Assembly: GCF_009914755.1 (NCBI RefSeq)
Contig: NC_060942.1
DNA: 64,000 bases
Source of the DNA: the human T2T-CHM13v2.0 reference genome, Homo sapiens
Reading direction: 5' to 3' (one strand)
The notes under the pieces were generated by a model that did no database searches, was not told the DNA's origin, and was given only the letters and a program-made list of their open reading frames with translations. This document shows positions 46,877 to 62,294 of this stretch, in pieces. Both the position numbers and the translations under genes were made by a program. Numbering within the stretch: the stretch's first letter is position 1; each line of letters starts with the position of its first letter.

Positions 46877-48470
46877 TTTAAAAAATAGTTTATTTTTATT
46901 AATTGACACATCATAATTACACATATTTATGAGGTACATTGTGGTGTTCCAATACATGTATATATTGTGTAATGATCAAATCAGAGAATCTAGCACATCC
47001 ATCGCCTCATACATTTATCATTTCTTTATGGTGAGAACATTCAAAATCCTCTCTTCTAGTTATTTTGAAATACATTAGGTTAGTGCAAAAGTAATTGTGG
47101 TTTTTTTTCTATTAAAAATAATGGCAAAAACTGCAATTACTTTTGCACCAACCTAATAAAATGCAATATTGTTAACCATAGTCACCCTACTGCACAATAG
47201 AACATCAGAACTTATTCCTCCTATCTAACTGTAACTTTGTACCCAATGACCCCTCTCTCCCCATGTCCCCACCTCCCACTCTTCCTAGCCTCTAGTATCA
47301 CTATCATACTCACTGCTTCTATGAGATCAACGTTTCTAGATCCCACATACAAGTGAGATTGCTTGTTGGAAAGCAATTGAGGCCAAGTCAACCAGTTCAG
47401 TATTTGTTTTTTGTGCCCGGCTTATTTCACTTGACATAATATCCTTCAGGTTCATCTATGTTGCCACAAATGACAGGATTTCATTCTTATTTATGGCTGA
47501 ATAGTATTCACTGTGTATATATACCACATTTTCATTATCCATTCATCCATTTATGGACACTTAGGTTGATTCCATATCTTGGCTATTATGAGTGCTTCAG
47601 TAAACATGAAGTGTAGATATCTCTTTGACATACCGGTTTCATTTCCTTTGGATACATACCCAGCAGTGGGATTGTTGGATCATATGGTAGTTCTTTTTGT
47701 AATTTTTTGAGGAGCATCCATACTATTTTTCATAATGGCTGTACTAATTTACATTCCGACCCAATAGTATATGAGAGTTTTCTTTCTCCAATCATTGCCA
47801 ACACTTGTCTTGTCCGTTTGGTAACAGCCATTCTGACAGGAGCAAAGTGATATTTCATTGTGGTTTTGATTTGTATTTTCCTGATGATTATTGATTTTGA
47901 GAATTTTTTCATGTACCCGTTAGCCATTTTAATGTTTTCCTTTGAGAAATGTCTATTCAGGTCTTTAACCTATTTTTTTAGTCACTTTATTTTCTTGCTA
48001 TTGAGTTGTTTGAGTTCCTTATATATTTTGCATAGTAACTTCTTATCAGATGGATAGTTTGCAAGTGTTTTCTCCCATTCTGCAGGTTGTCTCATCACTC
48101 TGTTAATTGTGTCCTTTGCTGTGCAGAAGCTTTGATGTAATCCCATTTGTCTATTTTTGCTTTTGTTGCCTGTGCTTTTGAGGCTATATCCAGGAAAGCA
48201 TTTTCCTGACCAATGTCATGGAGCTTTTCCTCTTTGTTTGCTTCCAGTAGTTCCATAGTTTCAGGACTTACATTTAAGCCTTTAATCCATTTTGATTTGA
48301 TTTTTGTATCTGATGAGAGATAGGGAGTCTAGTTTCACTCTCTGCATGTCTGCATGTGGATATCCAGTTTTCCCAGCATTGAAAAGACTGTCCTTTTTCC
48401 ATTGTATGTTCTTCACACCTTTGTCAAATATCAGTTGGCTGTAAGTACATAGATTTATTTCCATGTTATT
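46877..48470 (-). mobile_element. L1MA 3' 1.6 kb
   Basis: Reverse L1MA 3'UTR (aatgatcaaatcagagaatctagcacatccatc) and ORF2 tail. Confidence 0.88.
47075..47156. mobile_element. MADE1 (Hsmar1-derived MITE)
   Basis: ttaggttagtgcaaaagtaattgtggttttt ... aaaaactgcaattacttttgcaccaacctaa. Right flank TA, left flank CA. Confidence 0.95.
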
Positions 48471-49120
48471 GTGTTAATAGTTTAGTTTGAGTTTTTTTAA
48501 AACCTTGCTTTGCTGTCAACCATATGTTTAATGTGTTCTGAAAATTTTGCTGTAAGCTCATGCCTTGCTGAGCTTTCTATAGTACAGTTGCCTGTGCACA
48601 GCCATGCTCACAAGGCAGCTGTTTAAACACAGCTGACTAGAAGGTGGCTTGTGTGATCTTTGGCCCACTGAGACTGAGAGCCAGGAACTAGGCTCAGAAG
48701 TATCTGAAACCTGGGACCATACTCTACCAATCCCAGTCTGGAAGGAATCTTCTCTCTGTTGTGAATACATTATTTATTTATCTTTATTGTTATCTTAAGT
48801 AACTTAACATGAAAATCCAATTGCTTCCAGCTCCAGATATGATGGCACAGCCTTTAAAGTACCAGAACAACTGATGGTGTTTTTTTCCTTTGCTGGGCCA
48901 CAAAGAGGATGTTACTCTTGATTCTCTGTGGGTTATAAACCAAGGCTTTAGCCCATTGAGCAGGTCAGACACTATTTCGTTTCCCATATCACACTGCCAG
49001 TAACCATTCAAATTGAAGAGAAGGGAAAGTCACATAAATATGATCTGCTTGATTGTAACAGTGATCTATTTTATCTCAGCTACAGAATTCTGGATTGACA
49101 GCTGCCATGGGATTCAAAAG

Positions 49121-49121
<1 letters not shown>

Positions 49122-49169
<48 letters not shown>
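49122..49169. repeat. Perfect (CA)24 microsatellite
   Basis: Read directly from the sequence. Confidence 0.97.
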
Positions 49170-49170
<1 letters not shown>

Positions 49171-49224
49171 TTTTATACTGGGAACAAAAATATAATACTG
49201 AAATTTATAATTGCCTGTTCACAA

Positions 49225-49470
49225 TTCTTAGCATAGTACTTTAGCATTGGCAGAATGATTTTAGGTACGTTATTTCATTTAAATTGCATCACAATCCTGT
49301 GAGGTAAGGTGAGGTAAGTAGTAGTATTATCCGATTTGACAATGAGGAAATAAGAACTAAAGGAGACTGAGTAACTGACCAAGGTCACATAGTAGGAAGC
49401 AGAAAAGAAGACATGAATCGAGCTTTTCTAATCGCAACTTTCAAAGTTTTTTCATTCTTCCATTCTGGCT
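49225..49470 (-). mobile_element. MIR
   Basis: catcacaatcctgtgaggta...aatgaggaaa...gactgagtaactgaccaaggtcacatag. Confidence 0.8.
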
Positions 49471-51399
49471 GAAACTTGGATTTGATTCTGACGTGTAAGC
49501 ACTGAGCTGATAAAATTCTGGTTTTGGGTAGGAATCAGACAAACTTACTTTAACATTGGAATTTGTTTTGTTTTTATAACTTGATAGAAAGAAACTTAGT
49601 TACACAGAGAAGTGGAGGTGTTGTAGTTCAATTATGCATAGCAGTCAGATTGCAATATTTGCTTGCATTTGTGTCCAGAATCCTAACAGTAACAAAACCG
49701 TTTTTTTTTTTAATGAGACTATCTTCTCACATATACATTTACCTAAATATTTTAAACACTCAACCAGGTTTTCTGATGTTCCTAGCAGAGGAAATGATCA
49801 TGTATTATCCTCCTAGCAGGAGAGAGGAATAAGATAAACTAAGATCACAAACCTCTGCTGGGGTTTTCATAGTAGGTTTGAATAGCAAACCTTGCTGCGT
49901 GTATATAATAGAGCATATGAGTGATGACCCTATGTGATGATGGTGGCTATTATTCGTTAAATGCCAGTTATGTATCAGGTATTACATTGGGCATATACAG
50001 ATATATCCATTTATAATATATGTTCATACAAATTACATATTATTGTCAAGATTTTTAATGACTGTTAAAGCTCAGCTTCAAAATATCAGATAGAATTTAT
50101 TCCCATTTTTCCAAAATCACTTTTTAAAGTATGAGCTGTAAGGCTGAGAACTGTAATTTTAGCTTTCCTTGCCCTCAGAGTAACAGTTTATTCACTATAC
50201 ACAAAGTAACATTAACCATAACTTTTCCATTTTGAGTATCTTGTAAATAATAAAATTAAAACCAAATGAAATGATGCACATAAATTGATTATAGTAAAAC
50301 GGACTAATCTGGAAACTTCAGAAAATAATGTATTGAGCATGTAAAAGAAAATATGAAGCTATAAACATGCCTGTCTCCCATGTTTAACCAAGAGGGTAAA
50401 AAGCCCAGCCATTCAAAAGGATTTTCATTTAGTTGGGTTGATAACTTGGAATTCCAGGCCACTGCAGTACCACCAAGAACAATAGAATGCATGGAAATTC
50501 TTAGGTGTTTGATGAAAAGATACTGCTTTTAGTTAAGTCATGATGTTGGGCTAATACTGTAATTCCCACTGTTAAAAGCCATTAATATAAGAATCCATTC
50601 CTCTTATACACACTGGTTTATAGTGTGTAAGTTAGGAAAATAAAGACAAATAGGCTAGGCAGAAATAATAACGATGTAGCAAATTCCAAGAAGTGAATTC
50701 AGCTTGAAGAAGCTTGTCAAGACATTCTTACTATAGAAAGAATATATTGTACTTGGGAAAATGTACATTACAACAGCTTATATTTACTACTCACTGAGAT
50801 AGAATCCTACTCCTTGGCTTCAGGAAATCTTTCTAAAGACCTAAGTTCTGGGTGAGGAGGTTGTAAGAGCTGTTTTACTTTTCACATGATTTTTCAAATG
50901 TTCTACAACAATGTTATATTCCATAATTTTAGAAACAATGTTTAAAAAGAAGACAAAGGGAACACATTTATAGGGGACAAACCCATTTCAAAATTTTACA
51001 CTCAGTAGTTCCAAGTAGTTGCAAAAACCCTAAAGTTACTCTTGGCCCATATGACATAAATATCTTATTTCCTTTGTCAACCCAGCAATAGATGAGGATT
51101 ATCCTTCCTTGTTGTGTCTTCTCCAGGGTACTGAACTCTGAAAACTGCTATGAATGGTGACATCTGTTCAGTATTGCCAGTTCCTGCTGTCATTTCACAG
51201 CTTTTAGCCTCATGAACTGCCATTTTAGAGTTGTTCATTTGGTCCAAGGTTATCAAATTCCCTTAACTTCAACTTTAAGAAATATTTTTAATGTCTCTTC
51301 CTTAGGCACTTTAATGCTTTTATAAAAATTACTTTATATGTTACCTAATGTAATCCTTACAACCATAAGAAAGTAAAGCTCCAAGAGACAATTACAGAA

Positions 51400-51625
51400 C
51401 AATTAAGAGCCCAGGTGTAATAATTATAACTCTGTGGTTTATAGGCCTAGGTTTGAATGCTAGCTATGTGGCTTTGAACAAATCATTTAATTTAATCTAT
51501 AAAATGGGAGTAATAATATCTCCCTCATAGGTATGTCATGATGATTAAGTAGGATAGTTTATGTAAAGTACGTAGCACAGGCCTGGTGCATGGCTAAGTG
51601 CTCCATAAATAGTAGTTGTCATTAT
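51400..51625 (+). mobile_element. MIR, flanked by opposite-strand MIR pieces
   Basis: tctataaaatgggagtaataata...atgtaaagtacgtagcacaggcctgg. Confidence 0.75.
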
Positions 51626-52353
51626 AGAACTTCCCAGGGTCACTCAAGCAATCAGGAACAAGCTAGGATTTGGACCTTGCTCTTGTGATTCCAAACTATA
51701 AGTGTATCCCCTAACAAAGAGTTAGGAATAGGGTTAGGTTCATCTCAGAGGTGGGCAGTTTGATTATATTTTTTATATTGACCTTGCAAATATGCCTGTT
51801 ACTTTACCTCCATTTGCCCAATTCCTTATGTGAAAATATGAATATTAATAGCTATTTTATAAATTTGCTCATAGGATTAAATTCAACTATGTATGCAAAG
51901 CCTTTAACTTGATGCTTGTCCATATTGGGCACTCAGTGTTAGCTTTCTTCTGTGCTCTGGGAAACAAGACTTCTTTGGGCATCTAAAACAATACATGTGA
52001 TATGATACTGGCCCCTCTGCCAAATGCCCTGAGTGACAGTGCCTCTGCCAAAATGTGGCTTAGAAGCAAGCCACATGTTTATGAATGACCCTGCATTCAA
52101 AGGATTTTCCTTATGCAATGTTGGCAAATTTTCCAATGTTTTGAGACTTCCCCTCCATTTGTTTTTCTTCTAAATAGAGGAGGTTAGGAAGTAAGATTCT
52201 TGTCTAGATGATAGGGTTAAGATATTGTGTGTGTTTTTTTTGGGATATCTGTTTCTAGGGTCACTCAAGGACTGACCAAAGTTACTGATAATTGATTTTG
52301 TCCTCATAATTAGCCATTTCATAAGATTCTGAAAGGATTTAATTCCCTTCAGA

Positions 52354-52541
52354 GCAGTGGTTCTAAAATCTGCTTGCATATTGGAATCACTTAGGAATCT
52401 TTAAAAAATACTTATTTCTAGGCTTCATCCTAGATTCATTGAATCACAATTGCCCATGATGGGCCCCAGTGATGTGTATTTTTGATTTTTCAAAAAGACT
52501 CTGATGCACTTTGTCTAAAGACACATATTTGGAAGCCCCTG
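52354..52541. mobile_element. MER5-like MITE
   Basis: cagtggttctaaaa...catattggaatcacttagg...ggaagcccctg. Confidence 0.75.
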
Positions 52542-52899
52542 CTCTGGAGCTGCACATCTCCTTACTTCTTAACCCCAGCACACCAACATTCTGCCTTTCT
52601 TTTTTCTGTCCCCTACCCAAGCCCAGGGCCTCTTCTTTCCATTAGCAATTTTTATTAGTCATCATTATCCTCCTCCCAAGGGATTATCAAAGTATATCAA
52701 TAAGCCTGCAGTGAAAAAACTAAGAAGCCCTTAAAGAACTTGACTTATCAATTTAAACTGTTGAAATTGGGGATTAATTACTAAGACATATTGTTGGTGT
52801 CAGTCTTCTCTATGAAAAGCTTGTATGGACCCATCTTCTGTGAGGGAACTCTCAGCAAGTTTTAAGAGAAAATTTCCTAAGGAAACATTCCTGATACTT

Positions 52900-53155
52900 T
52901 CTACCTCTCTTTCTCATCTGTGCTTCATCTTTCCCCATAGTACTTAATCACCTTCTAATATGCCATGTAATTTACTAGTGTGTTTTATTTATTGTTTGTC
53001 TCTCCCCCTTCCTCTCCTGCCCCACAAAGGATGTGGACGTTATGAGCATGAGTACTTTTTCTATTATTTTCTGTTCTTTTCATTCCTGCACTAGAGCAGA
53101 GCCTGGCTCATAATAGACATTAAATAAATATTTGTTGGGTGAATGAATTAGTGAA
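52900..53155 (+). mobile_element. L2 3' end
   Basis: gagcctggctcataatagacattaaataaatatttgttgggtgaatgaa. Confidence 0.75.
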
Positions 53156-53945
53156 TGGTCATAAACAAAGTGAATATTTCTTTTTAACTTACCAGTTCAT
53201 GACATTCCAGTAGACATCTATTTTGCTTTATGTCTTCACCACATCTCCAAAAAATCCATTGCTTCTGCCCAGCTTATACATCTAGTTGTACTTCTTTTAT
53301 ATCCCAGAACTTCCTTGTATTTTCTCCTATTTTAAGGTTTTTCCATTTTGTAAGGATTAGAAAACATCTTGGCTTTCAGGGTATTTCCAGACAAGATAAT
53401 AGCAGATTCCCGAGTGTGAGCAGTGTCAACATGTTGTTTGCACTGGGAGTTAATTGCATAGACAATGTCGGTATCAATGAGGATATCAGATATGCTTTGC
53501 TTAGCCATTCCATTATCTTATGTTCAGCCCTATCACAGACCTTTTCCTAAACCTCTGCTTTGGTCTGCAGCTAGTTTATTGTTTGGGTTTTCTCAAGTTA
53601 AAATCATTGCATGTTGACAGTGAGCAGAGCTTAGAGGAAAGGGCATTAGAGTTAAAGGCCGAAGATCTGGATTTATCCTGCCTCCACAGCTCGCTAGCAG
53701 CAAAACTTTGAAAAAGTCCCTTCACATGGAACCTAAGTTTTCCAGGCTTCTGTCCTATCTGTCTGAACCTTACCCTTTGTTTAGAGGTAAAAATCAACAC
53801 AAAAACTGGTACATCTGTCTCTTGATTTCAGAGTAATTTACACATTTGGAGAATAAAGTATGAAGAAATGAACATTTCTAAAAATAATTAAATGATTGAT
53901 TTCAGAATAACATGGTTTAAACTTCCCATTAAAAATGTTTGGGTT

Positions 53946-54264
<319 letters not shown>

Positions 54265-54497
54265 TCAGTAGTTTAGAGACACCATGTCATTCACAGCATG
54301 GCACAGAGCAATTCCGTAGGAAGCACCACCCCGTTGACAAGGGACCCGGTACAGTTTACAGGTCTTGAGATTATGCTCTGTGAACATACTGAAGGTTTAC
54401 TTTTTAAATTTTAAACAAAATCATGTCTGGAAAACATCAAATCTTACTATATTATAGGGAGGACACCAACCAAAAGACATAGAAAAAAAGATAATAC

Positions 54498-55153
54498 CCT
54501 TGAAGTTCAAATTGAGGTTTCAGTCACATAGAAAAACATGACTGTGTATTAATGTAGGCTACATGCTTTGCCTTGGGGAAAGAATATTCAGAACTGTGCC
54601 TAATAGTATCCAAGAATGCCACTGTGTAAATCAAAGACTATCAGCAAGACTACTTATAATGGAGAAGACATAGAATAAAGTAGTTAATGGTAATTGGCTA
54701 ATGTATCTTCAGCTCAGCTGGACATTTTTGTATACACTGTTGATATATTTAAATATATATATACGTATATACCTACTGATATATACACACACACACACAC
54801 ACACGTACACACACACACATACCACTTTTAATATATTTAACATTTTCATCTTAATGGGGTATGCCCTCCCCCCCAAAAAAAAAGACTGTCTGTTTTTCTC
54901 CTTCAGCTTACTTTTTCTTTATTTCTTGTGCGGAAATTCATTTTAGCATTTTATATTGTCTGTAACCGTTTATGAGTTTAACCATAAAAATTATCGTTAA
55001 ACAGTTATATTTGAAAGTTATTTGTTTAGTGGCATTCTTGATACTATTAGGCACAATTCTGAACATTCTTTCCCCAAGGCAAAGCATGTAGCTGACATTG
55101 ATATACAGTTACATTTTTCAGTGTGACTGATGACCTCAATTTGGGCTTCAAGG
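54498..55153. repeat. Inverted repeat with 126-bp arms (54498-54623 and 55028-55153) and a 404-bp spacer
   Basis: Manual alignment gives about 87% identity, including a 28-bp perfect run gctacatgctttgccttggggaaagaat. Confidence 0.95.
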
Positions 55154-55158
55154 ATGTC

Positions 55159-55651
<493 letters not shown>

Positions 55652-55749
55652 CCATGAAGGGAAATGCATGAACATTGTTATTTTCATTAGGCTTAAGATT
55701 TCTGGATCTATGTTCTCACCAAATCATCTTTACTATGCCTTTTTAGAGG

Positions 55750-57141
<1,392 letters not shown>

Positions 57142-59216
57142 GTTGAGCTTCAAATGAAAGTATGGACTTTCACTCGAATGCATTTAAGTGTTCTCCATTA
57201 ATGAAGTGATGCTGTCTTGGCACAGATAGGCATAAGTGCTATGCCAGATAGCTCAGAGGGGAGTCCTTAGTCAGCATCCCTTCATTCCATCCAGCCTGTG
57301 CCTGCTGTCTTCACAGTCTGGCTCATGACTGAGAAATGTGCTGCCTCTAAAATAAAACTTCTCTCTAGACCAGTTGATAATACCCCACAGCCAGCTCCTG
57401 TCTTCTGGGTGAAATAGAATAGTGGGGGAAGAACCAGATTCTAGTAAAAGCTGAAGTGATGCATCATCTCAGGAGTGGATCATAATGGTAATACAAACCA
57501 CCGATATACAAATGAACAAGATAATTAGTGGCAGAACAAAGACTGGAACTGGCCTGAAACCACTAGAACAGTGGAACCTCTGTGGCCAATGGGAGAGTTA
57601 GGAGTTGCTGGGAATTGCTGTGATGCTCCTAGAGGGGCCTCCTCAGCCAGGATTACAGTTTCCCTTTGTTCCTGCTTCAGCGCTGCTAGAGCTTCATTGC
57701 TTTTCCAGAACTGTCTCCTTCAGTAAGTTTATGCCTCACCACAGTCCTCACCACAGGTTTCCCTAATTCTTTTGTCTTTTTCCTTTGGATAGAAATATTT
57801 TTGTGAACAGCAAAATGTTTCTACTGCTGTATCAATGTTAGGTCACATGGCATTGACTTTTATTCAAACTGGAAGATTTCATAGCAGGATTATAACATTA
57901 TATCATTACTTCAGCAGTATCTTTTGTATCAATGTGAAAATTTTAATTTCACGCCTTGCAGACTTCACATTCTTTTATGCTCTCTCTGCTCCTGTTGTTG
58001 CATGAAGAGTAAATCCCTGTATCACATTCATTTCAGATTGAAAGAAAGTAAATTTGATCCATTGAGATCTCTAGAGTTGAGTAAAAATCTGTTGGCAAAA
58101 GCTGCTATTAAAGGAGGAAAAAAAACGAATTCTTTTCAGCTAATATGGCTTTCCATATGGGTGAGGATAGTCCGAAGGCTCAAAAGAAGAAAACATTTCT
58201 CTGTTAACCCTGGTTACTAGGACTGTTTCATTAGCACAGATTATCATAGATTTCTTGATTGTAACACAAGATATCCTCAAGTATTTAGGTATAAAAAGCA
58301 ATCTCTCCTTCACACAACTATTTATTTGAAAGAGAGAAGCAAATGTAGTAGGGAAAGCTATCAGTATAAGGACAAGTCTAGAAAAGGTTAATAGCAAACA
58401 TGGTGGGAAAAAAAGTCAGACCTTATTATTTACATTGGATATTTGGTTAAAATAAATTATTTTAAAAATGAAATCAAATGCCTGTATTCAGAATTTTTCA
58501 TATCAGAGGTTTAAGATGAAGATAGTATAGAATTCAAATTATAACTTAATACCATAAGCTATTTAACATTAATTTCTAAGAAATATATTCATGTAGCCTT
58601 TGCAAAAATTATGAAATACTGTATGGCCTATTACAAACTATTTCAAGTTTACTTTATTGCCACCAACTTCAGCCCATGGTCCCCAAGTCAGGTTTAAAGT
58701 GCTGAATAAGATTAATTAGCTAAGGCATGGGCACCCAGCATTCACCTCATAAAACCAACTATAATCTCTCTTTAGAGGGCTATTTATATGGGTTAGGGAG
58801 GGTTTATTCAAGAATCTGTTTGCTAATGAGTTTTTAAGGAAACTGATACCAGTGATTTGTTAGCAATCACTTAAGCACTTATATTTCTTTGGGACAATTG
58901 CAGTGGTACTATAGATTTTTTTAAAGTAACATTTAAGTTACCTATAATCCTACTCTACCCACTGTATATACTGTATCCACTGTATATACCACTGTTAATA
59001 ATTTAGTATTTAGTATATTTCCTTCCAGTTATTTTTTCTTTCACTTTTTATGCACTTCTCTTTCTTTAGATAAAGTTTTCCTAAGTTGTGAAATATCTGG
59101 AAACTAAAAAAGCAAAAACTCTTCCTTATGTTCGCCATTCTATGAATAAATAAGAAAGAGGTAGGTGGGAAATCAGTATGCTAAATAAAATTGCCTGGAT
59201 TGGCCTTTTAGCTGGA

Positions 59217-60065
59217 TCTGTCTGGGTCTTTTTACTGCCAGAGCACTTGGGAGAAACCGTAGTTGGTCCCCCAGGGTTGAATTGTTGGAATGAGAATGTA
59301 CATGTTTCTCTCATAACTTACTCTAGGAATGCTACAAAATATGAATATATTTCCAATTGGATCTATACAGAAATTTAGTCTATATTAAAAATCACTGCTA
59401 TAAAATATGTGCTATATTCTAAAAATGACTCCTACCTGTATTTTCGAGGTGAGAAAAATATATATTAAAGTTAAATCAAGCAATTAGAATGAATTTCTTT
59501 GTAGAGGAAGAAATGGTTAAATGGAATCTTTCTGGTTAGGAGTAATGCAGAACAAAGGCATTTCCTGGAGGATGCTGCGCGAGTTTTCTGGTTGTCGTTC
59601 TACTTTGTCAGTTTCCAGAAGCACGGACAGCTTTGGCAAACCACATTTCTTCACCCTTCTGGGATCCAGAGTTTGAGCTAAGAAAGAGAGAAAGTTATTA
59701 TTCTTTCTCTGAGCCTCTTGTGAGACACCAAAATAATGTTGGATTTTTATCTCAGCATACCCCATTTATTCATTCTTTATCTCTTTCCTTCAATTTATCA
59801 TTGATTTTGACCCAAACAAGGGATGTGAGGTTTAATTACTATGCTGGCCCAGTGTCAACTATAATGAACCAGGAGACCCTGGCCTCCCCATCGATCTTCA
59901 TCAAATTCACTCCTTCCTAGTGACACCTCTTGTGTTTCAATAACAAATTCATTGGGCTTTTCCTTGTTATGAAAGTTTCTAAATTCTTTCAAAGTGGGAT
60001 AGATAGTGAGTCTGTCTGGGTCTTTTTACTGCTAGAGCACTTGGGAGAAACCCTAGTTGGTCCCC
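59217..60065 (+). repeat. Dispersed direct repeat, 55 bp (59217-59271 and 60011-60065)
   Basis: tctgtctgggtctttttactgcYagagcacttgggagaaaccStagttggtcccc, 53/55 identity. Confidence 0.95.
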
Positions 60066-61207
60066 AATCTTGGTAATGGTCCATTAAAACTCTGGTTTCT
60101 TTCCCATCCATTCCTGCTTTATTCATTTCTTGTTTAACAACAATCAATATATCTCTACCTATGTGGCTACACTTGGTTTCTCTGTTGACTCCCATTCCCT
60201 TCCTCCCTGTCTGCGGAATCATTCTAATTTTCTTAGCATCAGTAAAGCCTATGAAAGGAAATAGGGACAATAAATCAGGTCTAGTTTCTTGCACTATTTC
60301 TTCTTTTTTTAAATTTAACTTCTTTTATACATGTGCATTTAAAGACTTCATTACATACGTTACATTGTGTTTACCATATCCATTCACTGAAATACTACTG
60401 TTCTCAAAGTGGCAAGCAAGTAGCACTTTAGAGTCTTCTTTTACATGTGCCTGCACTAATTCTTATTCTCTCCTAGCCTTAAAGTATCCTGGGAGTAACT
60501 TTAGGTACAGTCTAGTCACATCTTCTATCATATTTGAGTCAGAGGTATATTCCTTGGGAGAACATCCTGGTTACTGTAAAGCCAATCCATCATGGCTTGC
60601 ATTCATAGTATATCAGCTGCTTCACTCACAGTCTTCCATTTTTCATTGAACAGGGAAGTTGGGTGTCTGCCTTTTCCAGGAAACACACTGTATATGATTG
60701 ACCCATATATGGTTGATCTTATCTATCCCAAAAGGCTGCATGTTCCCCCATCTCTAATTTTCATCTGATGTACTAAGTGGAATCATTAACTGTATTAACC
60801 CAAACGTACAGGTGTATCAAGAATTAGGGAAACAGTTCTTGAGTTCACAATCCTGACCATCTATTTAAATAATGGCTCTTCTGGGAGCCATCTATACTTA
60901 TCAACAAGGGGAGTGAGGTCTTTGTGTATTCACTATTGTCTCTTTCATGATTTTGCCCTTTGGCACCCTCTGTCAGCTTCCTTGTGACCAGAGGGCAGAG
61001 TGGTATAATCTGCTGTGTTAAACTGGACGAATCTCAGGTCTCTTCCAAAGAACTCTGGTTTCAGCTTGCTCACAAATCAGTTCTAGTCTCCCAGCTTCAA
61101 CTGTAGCACTAAGTCCGAGCAAAACACCTTAACCTCCAGCTCATCCTGTCCCCACTGAAACAGCCCTGAACATCTAGTTTTACTTACATCTAAAGATAAG
61201 TCAAGAA

Positions 61208-61209
<2 letters not shown>

Positions 61210-61249
<40 letters not shown>

Positions 61250-61268
61250 TATGTGTGTTGCGTGTGTG
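61210..61268. repeat. (TG)n microsatellite
   Basis: Read directly from the sequence. Confidence 0.95.
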
Positions 61269-62294
61269 GAGGGGCAAGGGTGTTTCTTGTCTGCTGGGTT
61301 GTTCTCTGTGATAGGTTTGTATTAAAGGTTATAAAGTCCATCTATCCATATTGTCTTTCTCTTTGAAAGTGTAAAAAATTGTAAAATAGAACACTACCAT
61401 TCTATTTTGTAATCTTAAACTTCAAACTGCACTGATGAATTATTTATGTTATGGAATGTGCTTTCAATAATGTGTAGCATAAAATGGAATGGATGTATAT
61501 CCATATGCACCCTGAACTCTCTAAAGTGCACACTGATGAACAGAGTAACTAGCATCATTTTGACCTCATAGAATTTACAAAGCAGGCACTTCTTTCTCAT
61601 GATTTTGGTTTCTACACTATATTCTCCAGCAGTCAGCTTACGGCTTTTCCTGCTGGAGCCTAGCAAGTAATATTCTCTGACTCCAAGCTGTCCAACAGTG
61701 CTTGTCTCTCAGTACAATCAAGGTTAGGATCTGTAAGTTTCACTTATCATACTGCCTTCCAGCCATACTAATTAGGCTTTAATTAACAATTAGTAGGAAG
61801 TTACAATTCCATAGAACATCTTATATTAAATGGCCATTATCTAACATCATAATTTCACAAAGTGATTAAGATGCTACAAAATGATTAAGATATCTTAAGT
61901 TTCCCAGTATTTGGAAGTACAGGCATGGGGATCAAAGGAGGTAATTTTTAAAAATATATCTGTAGCTTTGTCTGCACACAGGAAGAAAAGAAATAAAGGA
62001 AGAAAAGAAATTCTTCTTAAATAATTTTATTTTTATACTTGCACAAATTATCAAATTTGCCCAAATTTGCTTTTCATATCAAAATCTCTGAGATCAAGTT
62101 CATTGTTGCACAGTGATAGTCTTTCACCAAACCTCCCAAAGAACAACAAAAAAGCCAAGAGCAAGCATGCCATGAACCTTGATTGGTGGGCATTGTTGAA
62201 GAAGAGGATAGAGTAACTTTTGGAAAGTTATTTATATTAATGATAATATGTATGAAGACTTAACTTGGGACTAACAGCCGGGGTGAAAAACGAT

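Noticed and set aside
58958-58996. Micro tandem repeats (ccactgtatata here; also 26120-26160, 61860-61892 and 61981-62012)
   Set aside because: Short slippage duplications of ordinary frequency.
60161-60649. 162-aa ORF in unique sequence
   Set aside because: F/S/L-rich composition typical of T-rich noncoding DNA, with no recognisable domain or splice framework.
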